A stretch of DNA of 64,000 bases from Octopus vulgaris (lineage: Eukaryota), in NCBI GenBank assembly GCA_951406725.2, contig OX597828.1:25792001-25856000 (forward strand), given 5' to 3'. Made by a program: the position numbers and the translations under genes. Within the stretch, counting starts at the first letter, position 1. Each line of letters starts with the position of its first letter. The notes beneath the pieces were generated by a model. It made no database searches. It saw only the letters and a program-made list of their open reading frames with translations, and was not told the DNA's origin. Shown one piece after another: positions 29,585-43,561 of this stretch.

Positions 29585-30240
29585 TGGAGCGAGACAGTGG
29601 CACGCGTTGTGACAGAATGCCTCACATTGGCACAGGAAGAATATAAGAAATGGAGGCACGACCAAGTTGGAAAAGTTTTACACTGGAAACTGCGCCAGAA
29701 ATAAGGATTTGGAGCTGGAAATACATAGTAGAATCATCGAAGCGAAAGAGTACTGGAGTTGGAGAAATGTAAGATTTTGTGGGACTTTCCTATTCAAACG
29801 GACCAAAGGTTAGAAAATAATAGACCGGTCATAACAATTATAGATAAGGAAAAGCCAAGTTGCTCACTAGTCGACCCATCATACCGGTTTCATTCCAGTA
29901 TCGTAAAGAGAGGACGAAAAACAAAAATACATGTACAATGCCTTAAATTTTGAAATAGGAAGAATTTGGAGTATGAAAATTGTAAAGGTCGTGCCTAAAA
30001 TAACTGGTGCATTGGGAACAGCAAGCAAGATATAGACAAATGGCAGAAAGAGGTTGGAATAGAATGCTCTGTAGAGCTCCTACAGAAGGTTTGTCTCTTA
30101 GAAACAGCAAAGATTATCAGGAGGGTTCTGTGCACTTCAGAGACTATTGAAAACTTGTGGACACCTAAGGTTGCAGGTAAGTAACCCCCATATCCACATA
30201 AACTCCACCAGGAATAAGACCGAATTTGAGTCAAGCTAAA
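29585..30240 (+). mobile_element. R4/Dong-like LINE 3' fragment
   Basis: ETVARVVTECLTLAQEEYKKWRHDQVGKVLHWKL and KILWDFPIQTDQRLENNRP; 3' UTR runs into TAA/TGA repeats. Confidence 0.85.
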
Positions 30241-30264
30241 ATAATGATGATGATGATGATGATG

Positions 30265-31395
30265 ATGGAGTAGAAACTTGAAAGCCTTTTACATAGCCTA
30301 ATTAGCTACAATGTGTTGAATTAGAATATAAGTGAAGTGAAGTAAACTGACAAAAAGTGACAGAAATATACGCAAACTATTGAGCTGTACTACGCAAAAG
30401 TATGGATTGTTTTTACCTTCCCTGAGACCAAGGAGGTCGGGCTTGATCCAGTTTGAAATATCTTATAAAACCACCACAACTGGACTGGCCGAAGCGTCTA
30501 ACGACTGGATGTTAAAATTCACGAAGCGTAAGAAGCTTCATTCCGTCACAAAAAGGAGCAAAAGATTTGCTATTGAATTCATGACTCATACCCAGGCTGA
30601 ACAACACAAAGCAAGTGTTGCTGCAAAGAAGGTGAAATCACTGTCACGGAAAAAAAAAAGCGCGCGAAGAATTTGTTGATATGTAGGTGCAGAAAACTCT
30701 GCATAGCAAATATGTAGCTTGAAGCAAACAAGCTGATGTTTATCAGAAGTGCACCTATCAGTGACTAAGAGGCTTGAGGCTCAAGGCAAAGAGCGAAGGC
30801 TTCTGACCCAGAACCAAGCCAATGGGATGAAAAATGGAGTAAATCCAAAATGCCGATTCTGCAACCATGTGATTGAAATCGTGGACCTAGCACCAATAGA
30901 GTATAAATCAAGACATGACAGAGTTGGCCAATATCTACTCTATATTGGTTAATATGTTGCTATTATAAAATCAAAACTGCCGACAAGTGGTATATCAACA
31001 CTGGGGTTGTAACTGAGGGAGAAAATGTAACGATTCTTTGGAACTTTCCAGTACATAGAGACCGAACCATCAAAGCTAATAAACAGGATATTTTGTGAGT
31101 ATTGATCGACATGAGTGTTTCTTGTGATCACAATATCTCGGCGAAAGAATTTGACAAGCTGAGAAAATACAAAGATTTGCTCATTGAAACGGAGAAAAGG
31201 TGGCATCTCAAGGCGGTTACAATACCAGTGATTGTAGGAGCACTTGGAATGATCAAAAATGGAACTGAAAATTATTTGAGAATGATCTTCGGCTTACTAT
31301 CTCTGCAAGAAGTGCAAAAGATTTTTTTCAACTGGTGCCTCACACATATTGAGAAGAGCATTCTCGATGTCAGAACGATCACTACCCGGCGGAAT
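30265..31395 (+). mobile_element. R4/Dong-like LINE 3' fragment, second subfamily
   Basis: GLIQFEISYKTTTTGL, PKCRFC, EYKSRHDRVGQYL, LIDMSVSCDHNI..KLRKYKDL..IPVIVGALG. Confidence 0.85.
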
Positions 31396-31663
31396 AACAA
31401 CAACAACAACAACAATAAAAATAATATCAGAAACTAGAATAACAGCCATAATAAAGCAATGCGTATGAGTGGCTGTGTGGTAAGTAGCTACTTACCACAC
31501 AGCCACTCCTGCGCCTATACATACATACATACATTTGCAGACATACATTTGCAGATATATCCTAAAGAGCAAGTGGAAAGAGAATGAAAGTGGGTAGAAG
31601 AAAGAGAAACACATTGAGTGACAGAGAAAACTACGAGTAAGAGATGGTGAGTTGGAGAAAGGA

Positions 31664-31717
<54 letters not shown>

Positions 31718-31772
31718 ACGGACAGACAAACTGACAGACACACAAACAGAGAGAAAGAAAAGGCAAATAGGA

Positions 31773-32146
31773 AGAAGACGCCGCCGTGGTGATCTCATTC
31801 TCGCTCACAACATCATAAGAGGAAAGTGTAACCTCTCGAAAGAGCTGTTCTTCACTCCTGCTCCAGAGCGTGGAGTGGTCACTCCGGGGTCACTCCGAAA
31901 AGCTCTATCTACGACGATTTCATCTCAATCGAAGGAGAGGGGCTTTCTCCGTCCGGGTTGCGGATCCGTGGAATAAGCTGCCGGACGAGATGGTGAAGAT
32001 GCCGACGACCGCTCGGTTCAAAGTCTCCCTTGACCACAAGTGGCCTGAACTCTTTACATGAACACCACCCTGTACATAACTCCATGTCCCCTTGCTTTTT
32101 GCTTTTTGAGCCAATAAAAATTGAATTGAATTGAATTGAATTGAAA
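31773..32146 (+). mobile_element. CR1-like LINE 3' end with a (TTGAA)n tail
   Basis: RRRRGDLILAHNIIRG / LRGHSEKL...AFSVRVADPWNKLP...FKVSLD, then a short UTR, AATAAA and (ATTGA)5. Confidence 0.85.
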
Positions 32147-32317
32147 ACAGAAGGTGGTGAGAGGGAAGAGAAAACGAGAGAAAACAGTTAGAATGAAAGA
32201 CACAGAGAGAGAAGCGAGGAGACAGAGAGGTATTTAACTAATTAATTAGTTGGGGGATTTTACGAAAAAAACATCATTTAGCAACAAGCATAAGCAGAAA
32301 GAATACTTTCCGAAAAT

Positions 32318-32460
32318 AACAAAACAAACAGATGTATTAGTATAATGCTCAGGAAGGGAAAAAGTCTTTTACGTTTCGAGCCTACGCTCTTCTACAGAAA
32401 GGGACACAGAAAAAAAAGAAAAGAAACAAGGAGAGAAAAAAGGAGAGAAAAAGGAGAGTT
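32318..32460 (-). mobile_element. Family A hammerhead-like repeat, copy 2
   Basis: Minus strand cttt-CTGTAGA-a-gagc-gtag-gctc-GAAA-cg-TA-aaag. Confidence 0.55.
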
Positions 32461-32523
32461 AGTTAGTTGTTTGGTTGGTTGGCTGGTTGGTTGGTCGGTC
32501 AGTTAGTTTGAAAGGTAGGTTGG

Positions 32524-32583
<60 letters not shown>

Positions 32584-32628
32584 TAGATAAATAGAGAGAT
32601 AGATAGATAGACAGATAGATAGATAGAC

Positions 32629-32679
<51 letters not shown>

Positions 32680-32908
32680 CACATGTAGCTATGGATATTT
32701 ACAAATACACCCGTACGTATGCACAGTTAAATACATACGTTTGTGTGTGTGTATGCGTGTGTGAACGTGCGATCATGCCTGAGTGTGCACGTGTACATGA
32801 AAGGGTATATAGATGCATGTAAGTACTTCTGCATGCATTACTCGCAAGTACCCTGTGCACGCACGCACACACACACAGAGTCTCAGATGTGTGTATGTGT
32901 GTGTGTGT

Positions 32909-32999
<91 letters not shown>

Positions 33000-33004
33000 T
33001 AAAA

Positions 33005-33198
33005 TATACGGGAACACGTAGCACCAGTACAGAGAGCGACTTAGCTTGTTCCGGCATGTTCGAAATATATTGCGGAGAAGCGCTTTCATCAGATCTCATG
33101 CGATGAAACGTCAACACAACAAAGAGACATTAGCTTTTGCCTTTGATTTTCACTGGTATCCAGTGGCATATGTCTTACTGACATGTACTGAACACACG
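33005..33198. repeat. Locally duplicated ~200-bp element, copy 1 (copy 2 at 40205-40402)
   Basis: TTGCGGAGAAGCGCTTTCATCAGATCTC...GTACTGAACACACG (about 130 nt) has only ~3 substitutions between copies; the upstream ~65 nt are more diverged. Confidence 0.85.
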
Positions 33199-33229
33199 CA
33201 CACGCATACACACACACACAAACATATTA

Positions 33230-33301
<72 letters not shown>

Positions 33302-33418
33302 CCACATATATGCGTGCAATGATTATAATAAATATACATGTATATATGCATACATACTTTGAATGAACTTGATATTCGTATTTCAATTTTTTGATATTAT
33401 TATTATTATTATTATTAA

Positions 33419-33475
<57 letters not shown>

Positions 33476-33478
33476 AAC

Positions 33479-33544
<66 letters not shown>

Positions 33545-33555
33545 CATCATCATCA

Positions 33556-33625
<70 letters not shown>

Positions 33626-34067
33626 CATTATTATCATTCGGAGATGTGTGGATGTTAAATGCAAGTTGTGACACCACTTTGCATTGAGTGGCTCTGATTT
33701 TGGTAAAAAAACAAAAATGATTGCATTTTGCATATGTTATTGTTATTATTCTTGATGCGATCGTTTTTAAGGCAACTCGAAAGGAAAGATTAATACATGT
33801 GTTTTATTATTAAATGCTGAGCAAAATTTAAAGAAGCGGTCCAATAGCTTACATTTAACAACTATAGCATTCTAATAAAAATATACATGAGGAAAACTCG
33901 GTATACAACGAAATATGTATGTATATGTGTATGTCTTTTCTATTTTTCAAATTATTATAAATGTTCCAGTGAGGAGGGAGCCGGTTTCCAACAAAGATAC
34001 AACGTCCCATCTTTGGGATGTAGTTAACACAGACAAATTCACATTTGGAACTTGAGAAATGTCTTGC

Positions 34068-34845
34068 ATGTATGTATGCATGTATGTATGTATGTATGTA
34101 TGTATGTATGTATGTATGTATGTATGTATGTATGTATGCATGCATGCATGCATGCATGTATGTATATATGCATGCTTGTATGTATGTATGTATGTATGTA
34201 TGTATGTATGTATGTATATATGCATGCATGTATGTATGTATGTATATATGCATACATGTATGTATGTATGTATCTATGTATGTATGCATGCATGCATGCA
34301 TGTATGTATGTATGTATGTATGTATGTATGTATGTATGTATGTATGTATGTATGTATGCATGTATGTATGTATGTATGCATGCATGCATGTATGTATGTA
34401 TGTATGTATCTATGTATGTATGTATGCATGCATGCATGCATGCATGCATGTATGTATGTATGTATGTATGCATGCATGTATGTATGTATGTATCTATGTA
34501 TGTATGCATGTATACATGTATGTATGTATGTATGTATGCATGTATGCATGTATGCATGTATGTATGTATGTATGCCTGTATGCTTGTATGTATGTATGTA
34601 TGTATGCATGTATGCATGTATGCATGTATGTATGTATGTATGCCTGTATGCTTGTATGTATATATGTATGTATGCATGTATGCATGTATGTATGCATGCA
34701 TGTATGTATGTATGCATGCATGTATGTATGCATGTATGCATGTATGTATGTATGTATGTATGTATGTATGTATGTATGTATGTATGTATGTACGCATGTA
34801 TGTATATATACATGTATGTATATATGTACGCATGTATGTATATGA
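34068..34845. repeat. Degenerate (ATGT/ATGC)n array
   Basis: About 780 bp of tetranucleotide repeat. Confidence 0.95.
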
Positions 34846-34934
34846 TCATGAACTCTCCCGTCGTCATTGTTTACAGTAACCAAATACTTGTACTCACACA
34901 ATCTCACCCTTTCTAGCAAACGGACATTACCTTA

Positions 34935-35093
34935 GAAGCGCAGTGTGTGCCATGTGTCAAATGGCGAAAGGATCGCAGAGTTGCGTAAAATGAAACGTTT
35001 TGCTCAAGAACACAACACAACACCCAGTCTGGGGATCGAAACCACGATCCCACAATCGTGAGTACAACACTTTAAGCCCTAAACCATGTGCCT
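34935..35093 (-). mobile_element. tRNA-derived SINE head fragment
   Basis: Minus strand GGCACATGG...GTGGTTTCGATCCCCAGAC...GTTGTGTTCTTGAGCAAAAC. Confidence 0.55.
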
Positions 35094-35155
35094 TGGCTCA
35101 CACACACACACACACACACTTGCGTATAAACAGAGATTCATTTATTCATTTCATT

Positions 35156-35413
35156 TACTTGTTTCAGTCATTTGACTTCAGCCATGCTGGAGCACCGCCT
35201 TTAGTCGAACAAATCTACTATGTAAGCCTAATACTTATTCTATCGGTCTCTTTGCCGAAGCGGTAAGTTACAGGGACGTAAACACACCAACATCGGTTGT
35301 CAAGCTATGGTGAGAGGACAAGCACGGATGCACAAATATGTATATATTACTTTTCCTTGTTAAAATATTGCGTAATGAAGTCCGTTCATTCTTTTTGAAT
35401 AATCCTGTATATA

Positions 35414-35504
<91 letters not shown>

Positions 35505-35715
35505 ATGTATGCATGTATGTATGTATCTGTGTGTGTCTATGCTTGTCCCCCTACCATCGCTTGACAACCGATGTTGGCGTGTTTACATCCGCATAACTTA
35601 GCGGTTCGGCAAGAGATAGAATAAGTAATAGGCTTACAAAGAATTAAGCCCGGGGTCGATTTGTTGGACTAAATGTGGTGCTGCAGCATGGCCGCAGTCA
35701 AATGACTGAAACAAA
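35156..35715. mobile_element. Two SINE family 1 3' halves in inverted orientation
   Basis: 35156-35335 (minus) and 35540-35715 (plus) are reverse-complementary homologues around a (TA)n(TG)n spacer. Confidence 0.8.
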
Positions 35716-36370
35716 TGAAAGGAAAAAATAAAAGAAAATGTGTGCGTTCGTTTATATGTATATATATATTTCTGTGTATGTGTGTACGTGTACGCATATA
35801 TGTGAGTGTGCGTACGTGTGTGCGCGGGCGCGCGTTTGTGTGTGTCTGTGTGTGTGTGTTTGTGACTGTGTACCCAAATCCAAAGACCAGAACTACACTC
35901 CCACCAAATTCTCGTATGCGTTGCCACGAATGATACGCGTGACCAACTATGAAAAAACTCCACAACCCTTAGCGCGTTTTTCGTTCAAAAACCATTTTGA
36001 CCTTCCCATTTATTCTTTGTATTTGATTTTTGGTATTTTTTTTCCTACCACCCAACGAATACATACCACTCGTTGTACTTCATTAATGGATTTGTGAACT
36101 ACTCTCAACACGCAAGCATCATCCTATGATTACTATCCTGTCACACGCAGCAGCGAAACGCACATATTATAACACTGTAGCGTATTATGTAACTTGATGT
36201 GGGTTTTTTTTTCTCTGCCCTGTGGGATGCATTCAATTCCATTATGTTGGTCCCTACTAACTAGGGAGCATCAAGCCGAGAGGATCGTTGTGCTTAAAAA
36301 TCAATCATTTAAAATACATGTGTGCGTATGTGTATACATACATACATACATACATACATACATACATACA

Positions 36371-36406
<36 letters not shown>

Positions 36407-36416
36407 TATGTGTGTG

Positions 36417-36470
<54 letters not shown>

Positions 36471-36474
36471 AACA

Positions 36475-36778
36475 GTGGAGGCGCAATGGCCTAGTTGTTA
36501 GGGCAGCGGACTCGCGGTCGTAGGATCGCGGTTTCAATTCCCAGACCGGACGTTCTCAGTGTTTATTGAGCGAAAACACCCAAAGCTCCACGAGGCTCCG
36601 GCAGGGGATGGTGGCGATCCCTGCTGTACTTTTTGCCACACTTCCTTTCTTCTGTTGGCCTGCTCGTTTAGCCAGCGGGGTGGCGTCATTTGAAGGCTAA
36701 AACAATGCGAAGCGCATTGTGACCAGCGATGTGTAGCAACATCTGATAGCCTGGTCGGTCACGGTGATCACGGTGATA
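36475..36778 (+). mobile_element. tRNA-derived SINE family 3a
   Basis: GGAGGCGCAATGGCCTAGTTGTTAGGGCAGCGG...GGTTTCAATTCCC head and a tandem (CACGGTGAT)2 tail. Confidence 0.75.
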
Positions 36779-36949
36779 TCCCAACAGCAAATCCAATGCA
36801 ACCCCTGCCAATGCCAACCCATTTATTTCCTTAATGACGAACATCACTATCAACATTAGTATGAGTATATTATGAAAAGCCATCTAAAATATTAAGCGTT
36901 ACTCGTATGAAGCATACTCTATTGTATTCTGTATGTTAACTGAAATGTA

Positions 36950-38180
36950 TTTGATATGAGGTCAATGAGAGTTGCTTTGAGACGAAACAGCAGCAACAGT
37001 ACAAGAAAACTCAAATGTTTTTATGGCGATTTCCAGAAAAGGAGAATTTCTAATGAGAAAATCTTATCCTTGCTAGTGAAGGTTTGTTTGAAAGTTTTAA
37101 AGAGCGCTTGAATTTGTACAACATCAAAATAACTACGAAGTAGTGAAACTGCCAGTGCTGATACAAAAGCTTCTACTAATTATCGGTAGCAGCCGAAAAA
37201 ATTATTGCTGAAGCGGGATTTACACCTGAGCAAGTATACATGCCACACTTTTCTAGAAGCTCTTACTAGCTAGAGCTTTTATTTCTCGAAAAGATAAATT
37301 AACACCAAGATTTAAAGCTTCTAAAAATCGCTTGATACTTCTTTTAGCGGAGGAATTCCACTGCTGATATGAAGATGAAGACTCTACAGGTGTATCACTA
37401 CGGAAACACCTCGGCTTTCAAGGGTTAAACAAAGTTTAATCTACATCTGATTTGGCGTTCAAATAAAAAAGGTATGGATGAGTAAGAGCCTTCTTGATGA
37501 TTGGTTCTACAAATATCTGATGTGAAAAGGTACTGTGTCAGACGGGATATTTCAATATTGCACCCTTTAGACAATACACCAAAACATTCAGCGACGTATA
37601 TGAAATTTTCATAGTGAAATATAAGAAGATATTTCTAACTTCTTTGATCCATCCAATTGATCAAGGTGTAATACCTAACGTCAAGGCATGTTATCTGAGA
37701 ATTTTCAAAACAACTTATAAAAGCAATTAACAGATATGGTAAACATACAGCTAGAGATTTCTGGAAGAAGTTCAACAGTGTGGATGCTTTGGATAACATA
37801 GCTGAGCCATGGGATTAAGTGAAACACTCGACTTTGAATGGTGCTTGGAAAAATATAAAGAGAGACTGAACTCACAAGTAGAAAGTCTACGGCAAATTTT
37901 GAAAGATATTGTAACAACAGCATATCGTAAAAGGTTTGAAGAAATCATAAAAGATTATGTGGGTGAGTTGTTCGTTTCCCATTTGGAAAGTTTATCTAAT
38001 AAGGGGGCTGACAATGTTAAAAAAAGAGCAACCTGAGAATACAGATATGAATAAGGAAATTCCACCGACTCCACTCAAATTGACCGCCAAGAATATTGTT
38101 AAAGGGTTGGCATGTATAGGGAAGGTCAGCAAGATTTATGCTGATAACAACCTTAATCGTGAACTAAGTGTTGATGATGA
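36950..38180 (+). mobile_element. Tigger/pogo-like (DDE_1, CENP-B family) transposase relic
   Basis: SETASAD, IIAEAGFTPEQVY, RAFISRKDKLTPRFKASKNRLILLL, WRSNKK/WM, LDNTP, TSLIHPIDQGVI..KACYLR. Many stops. Confidence 0.85.
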
Positions 38181-38199
38181 TATACTTATAAGGCTGTTG

Positions 38200-39117
38200 A
38201 CATTGTTCTGCATGGACCATTGATTACAATCTCAGAAAGTCCATGAGGTCCATGTGTCAGAAGGAACAGTCACAAATGTTGTCCACAAAGACACAGGATA
38301 TAAGTCATATATGATGAGGAAAGGTCAATTTGTCAGAAAAAGCAAAAGAAAATCACTACATCAGATCTAAAAGGTTCTTAAACAAACTGAAAAATCCAGC
38401 AGATTTGATTTGGTTTTTCTCAGACGAGAAAAACTTCGACCAAGATCAAAGAATTAATAGAAGAAATGATAGATGGTTATGTGCAAACTCTTCAGAAGTT
38501 CCAAGTGTTATGCATACAAAATTTCCTGCAACTGTCATGGCCTTAGGGATTGTCAGTAATGAAGGACATGTGACACCTCCTTACTTCTTTCCACAAGGTC
38601 TTAGAGTTAAATCTGCCGCCTACATTGAAACCCTGGAAATAATTATTAAGCCCTGGATAGACAGTGTATACAATGAAAGGCCATATGTGTTTCAGTAAGA
38701 CTCTGCACTATCACACATAGCTCTAGGAACACAGGAGTGGATGGCTGAAATTTTTTATGATCACATAACCCCTAATATTTGGCCTCCTAATTCCCCAGAT
38801 CTCAATCCATTGGACTATTATATGTGGAGCGTTGTTGAGAGAGAGGTCAATGAACATGCCCATAACACCAAAGATTCTTTGAAAGCTACCATAGTCAGAG
38901 TAATATCCAAAATGAACCAGAACCACTTGATTCAAGCATGTAGATGATTTAGATCTTATATAGAAGCAGTTGTTGAAACTGAAGGTGGCTTTACTGAATA
39001 ACATTATAGAAAAGAAGGTTTATTTTCATCTTCATAGCATTTTTTGATAAATACAATTATTTGTTATTATATGTTTTTTTTATAAACATAAATCTGTCCT
39101 CAAATATCTTACGCACC

Positions 39118-39120
<3 letters not shown>
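38200..39120 (+). mobile_element. maT-family (DD37D) Tc1/mariner transposon, 5'-truncated, two premature stops
   Basis: FFSDEKNF ... VFQ*DSALSH ... WPPNSPDLNPLDY with 37 residues counted between the 2nd and 3rd Asp. Right TIR ...TTACGCACCCTG|TA. Confidence 0.9.
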
Positions 39121-39154
<34 letters not shown>

Positions 39155-39254
39155 TAGATAGATAGATAGATAGATATATAGATAGATAGATGGATGGATG
39201 GATAGATACATACATACATACATACATACATACATTCATACATACATACATACA

Positions 39255-39286
<32 letters not shown>

Positions 39287-39946
39287 CAAATGTTCGTACT
39301 TGTATATAAATTTACATATGCATATAGTCACGTGTGCTTATATACCTACATTACAAATGAAGAAAATAATAGAAGCGAAGACAAAAACAGTATAAACATA
39401 CAAATACGCTCATAAAAAAGAGGAAAATAAGAAAAACGGTAATATGGCGTCGTCGTTGGGTTTACGTATCGTGAGAAAAAAATTGGTATACATTGCTTGA
39501 AGGAAGTAACGGCTAAGCTTTCACTTGAGACAGATTGTACCTCAAATGCATATGATGAAGGTTTTAGTTTAGCATGTGTCCAGCGATATCACAAATGATT
39601 TAAGGTTATAAAAGTATATTTCTTTAAAGACCAAATGCCATAAAATTGATATACAAATATAATGGTATTATATGAAAGATTTCAGAATTGCGTATAAAAG
39701 GTAACTTGACTTCATCTGCTCTAACATAATGCACGTTTATTTATATATACATATGTATTTTACACACAAGGAGTGATAAGGAGGGAGAAGGGTACCGTAA
39801 GAAAAACAGTACAGGATTGAAAAATAGAGAGAGACAGGGTGAGAATAAAAGTAAAAACAGAAGAGAATAGTGAAAAAAAAAAAAAGAGGCTTTCTGAACT
39901 TAAATGTTAGTCAGAGAGAAATAGACAGCGAGATAGACGGACAGAC

Positions 39947-40018
<72 letters not shown>

Positions 40019-40204
40019 GTATACTTGCACATTTTTACACACCATGCACATTTCTATGTGAACATATGTGTGTGTGTGTGTGTGGATGTATACAGACAGA
40101 CACACACAGCTCACACACACACACACTCACACATACACACACACTCCCACTCCCACACACACACACACACATACGTACACGTATACGTGTGTGTTTACCT
40201 ATGC

Positions 40205-40402
40205 AATGTAGAGAGGAGCACGTAATGCCAGCACAGTGACGACGTAGCATGTTCCGGCTTGTTGTGAGTGTGTGTTGCGGAGAAGCGCTTTCATCAGATC
40301 TCATGCGATGAAACGTCAACACAACAAAGAGACATTAGCTTTTGCCTTTGATTTTTACCGGTGTCCAGTGGCATATGTCTTACTGACATGTACTGAACAC
40401 AC
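40205..40402. repeat. Locally duplicated ~200-bp element, copy 2
   Basis: See 33005-33198. Confidence 0.85.
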
Positions 40403-40988
40403 GCACACACACGCACACACACACACACACACACAAACACACACATACACACACACACACACACACATATGCACACGCACACACACATATACACATACAC
40501 ACATGCACACCCACACACACACATGCACACGAGTGCACACACAAATGCACGCATTCATATGTATAACTATACATATACATACATGCATACATTCACATTA
40601 CTTAAGTATATACATCATATTGTAAGAGTTATATATTAAGAGTCTATTTTACGCAGCGCATCCACTATCTAATATAGAACTCAATACATGGTGTGGAGGT
40701 GCGCGATAAGATTATCGTATCAAATGATAGCAGTGTACTCGTTTTTACCAGGACTAGGCTCTTTGGGACAGTCACGAAACTCTGTCTGGACTGCCAACTT
40801 TTGTTGTTATACATAGATCTTGGCTGTCCACTCGTGACCGTCCATTAAGAACATTAAGCACTCAGATAAAAATTATACTTTACACTTGTGGCTCCGCTGG
40901 GGACTAATGAACCCAGCTCTTGATGGACATACACGTGTATAAGTATGTACATATGTATGCGCGTGTGTGTGAGTGTATATATATTTGC

Positions 40989-41022
<34 letters not shown>

Positions 41023-41115
41023 CCTTTCTACTAAAGGCACAAGGCCAATAATTTTGATGGGAGGGGTACTAGTCGATTACATCGACCCCGTAATTCAACT
41101 GGTACGTATTTCATC

Positions 41116-41179
<64 letters not shown>

Positions 41180-41645
41180 GCCAGAAAAGGTCACAATAAA
41201 TGGGAAGGCAACCATTTTATGGATTATGCCAATACACACAGATAGAGAAGTTAAGGTCAATATGCCGGATATAGTTGTCAGAGATCATCAAGAAAAAAGA
41301 TGCTTTATAATTGTTGTACTAATACCAATAAATGACAACGTTTCTCTAAAAGAACTTTCAAAATACAAAGATCTGGAAACTCAAATGCGGAGTCTAAAAG
41401 CAGAAACAATTCGTATCATAGTAGGCGCATTAAGTATCAGACAAATACATAACTAAAACACCAGGACTAACAAGTATATATAACATACAGAAAATAGCAC
41501 TACTAAGCATCACACACATCCTGCGTAAAACACTTTCAATACAGTGAAAATAAGAGTATCACAAAAACCACAGCATATACCCAAGGCACACAGAACTGCA
41601 CTCGGTATTGGAGTGAAAGCATGTGATAATAATAAGACTATTGAA
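41180..41645 (+). mobile_element. R4/Dong-like LINE 3' end
   Basis: MPIHTDREVKVNMPDIVVRDHQEKRCFII...KYKDLE...IIVGAL. Starts in and ends at TAA repeats. Confidence 0.85.
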
Positions 41646-41660
41646 TAATAATAATGATAA

Positions 41661-42550
<890 letters not shown>

Positions 42551-42551
42551 A

Positions 42552-42765
42552 CGGGAAAGTTTATGAAAATAAACAAAAGACGAAGGCAGGTGGAGTACAA
42601 ACAAACAAATGTATTAGTATGGCAACCAGGAATAGAAATAGAAAAAGTCTTTTACGTTTCGAGCCTATGCTCTTCGACAGAAAGATACACAGAAAAAAAA
42701 ACAGAGAGAAACAAGGAGAGAAAAATATGCGTGTTGGAGCTAACGATCTATCATGGCGTCCCCGG

Positions 42766-42768
<3 letters not shown>
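42552..42768 (-). mobile_element. Family A hammerhead-like repeat, copy 3
   Basis: Minus strand cttt-CTGTCGA-a-gagc-atag-gctc-GAAA-cg-TA-aaag (42684-42649). Flanked by (TA)n on both sides. Confidence 0.6.
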
Positions 42769-42806
<38 letters not shown>

Positions 42807-42963
42807 ACCTTTCTATGTCAGATTTTGGGTGGTGCATCCTAAATCCTGTCATTATTTTTCTGTCTACTTTGATTAGTTCATTTAGAGTCCAGTTAAAAGT
42901 ATTGTAGCTGTAACTTATAACTGGAACGGCTAGAGTGTTGATACCTATTATTTTGTTTTTCGC

Positions 42964-43050
<87 letters not shown>

Positions 43051-43399
43051 ATTTGACAGACTCAGCAACATAAGCTGCTTAGGTATAATTATAAAATATT
43101 GAAAAAGATGCTACTGGAGGACGAAAAAGAAATATATAGGGAGTTCGAATGAAGCGAACGATCCCACCCTCCTCAGTTGTTGACCAAATATCATCACAAT
43201 TTCAATACGTTCGGACTACACTGCTTAGTCTAGGGATGTAAGCAATGTAAGCCGCTAGGTGAAAAACGATCGGACACGATAGCTGAACAGAAGAATTAAA
43301 AAGTTGAGATACTGACAGTGACAGGAAAAATAAGGTCTATAGATCAAACGGTAGATATAGAGAAATCGTGATGACAACAGAAAAAATAGCATAGCTTCG

Positions 43400-43561
<162 letters not shown>

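Noticed and set aside
36475-36555. tRNA gene
   Set aside because: A/B-box-like head but no proper acceptor stem or T-run terminator; it continues into a SINE body and has a diverged paralogue at about 45870-45952.
38330-39001. Active or domesticated transposase
   Set aside because: Two in-frame stops (38696-38698 and 38945-38947) and no N-terminus or left TIR.
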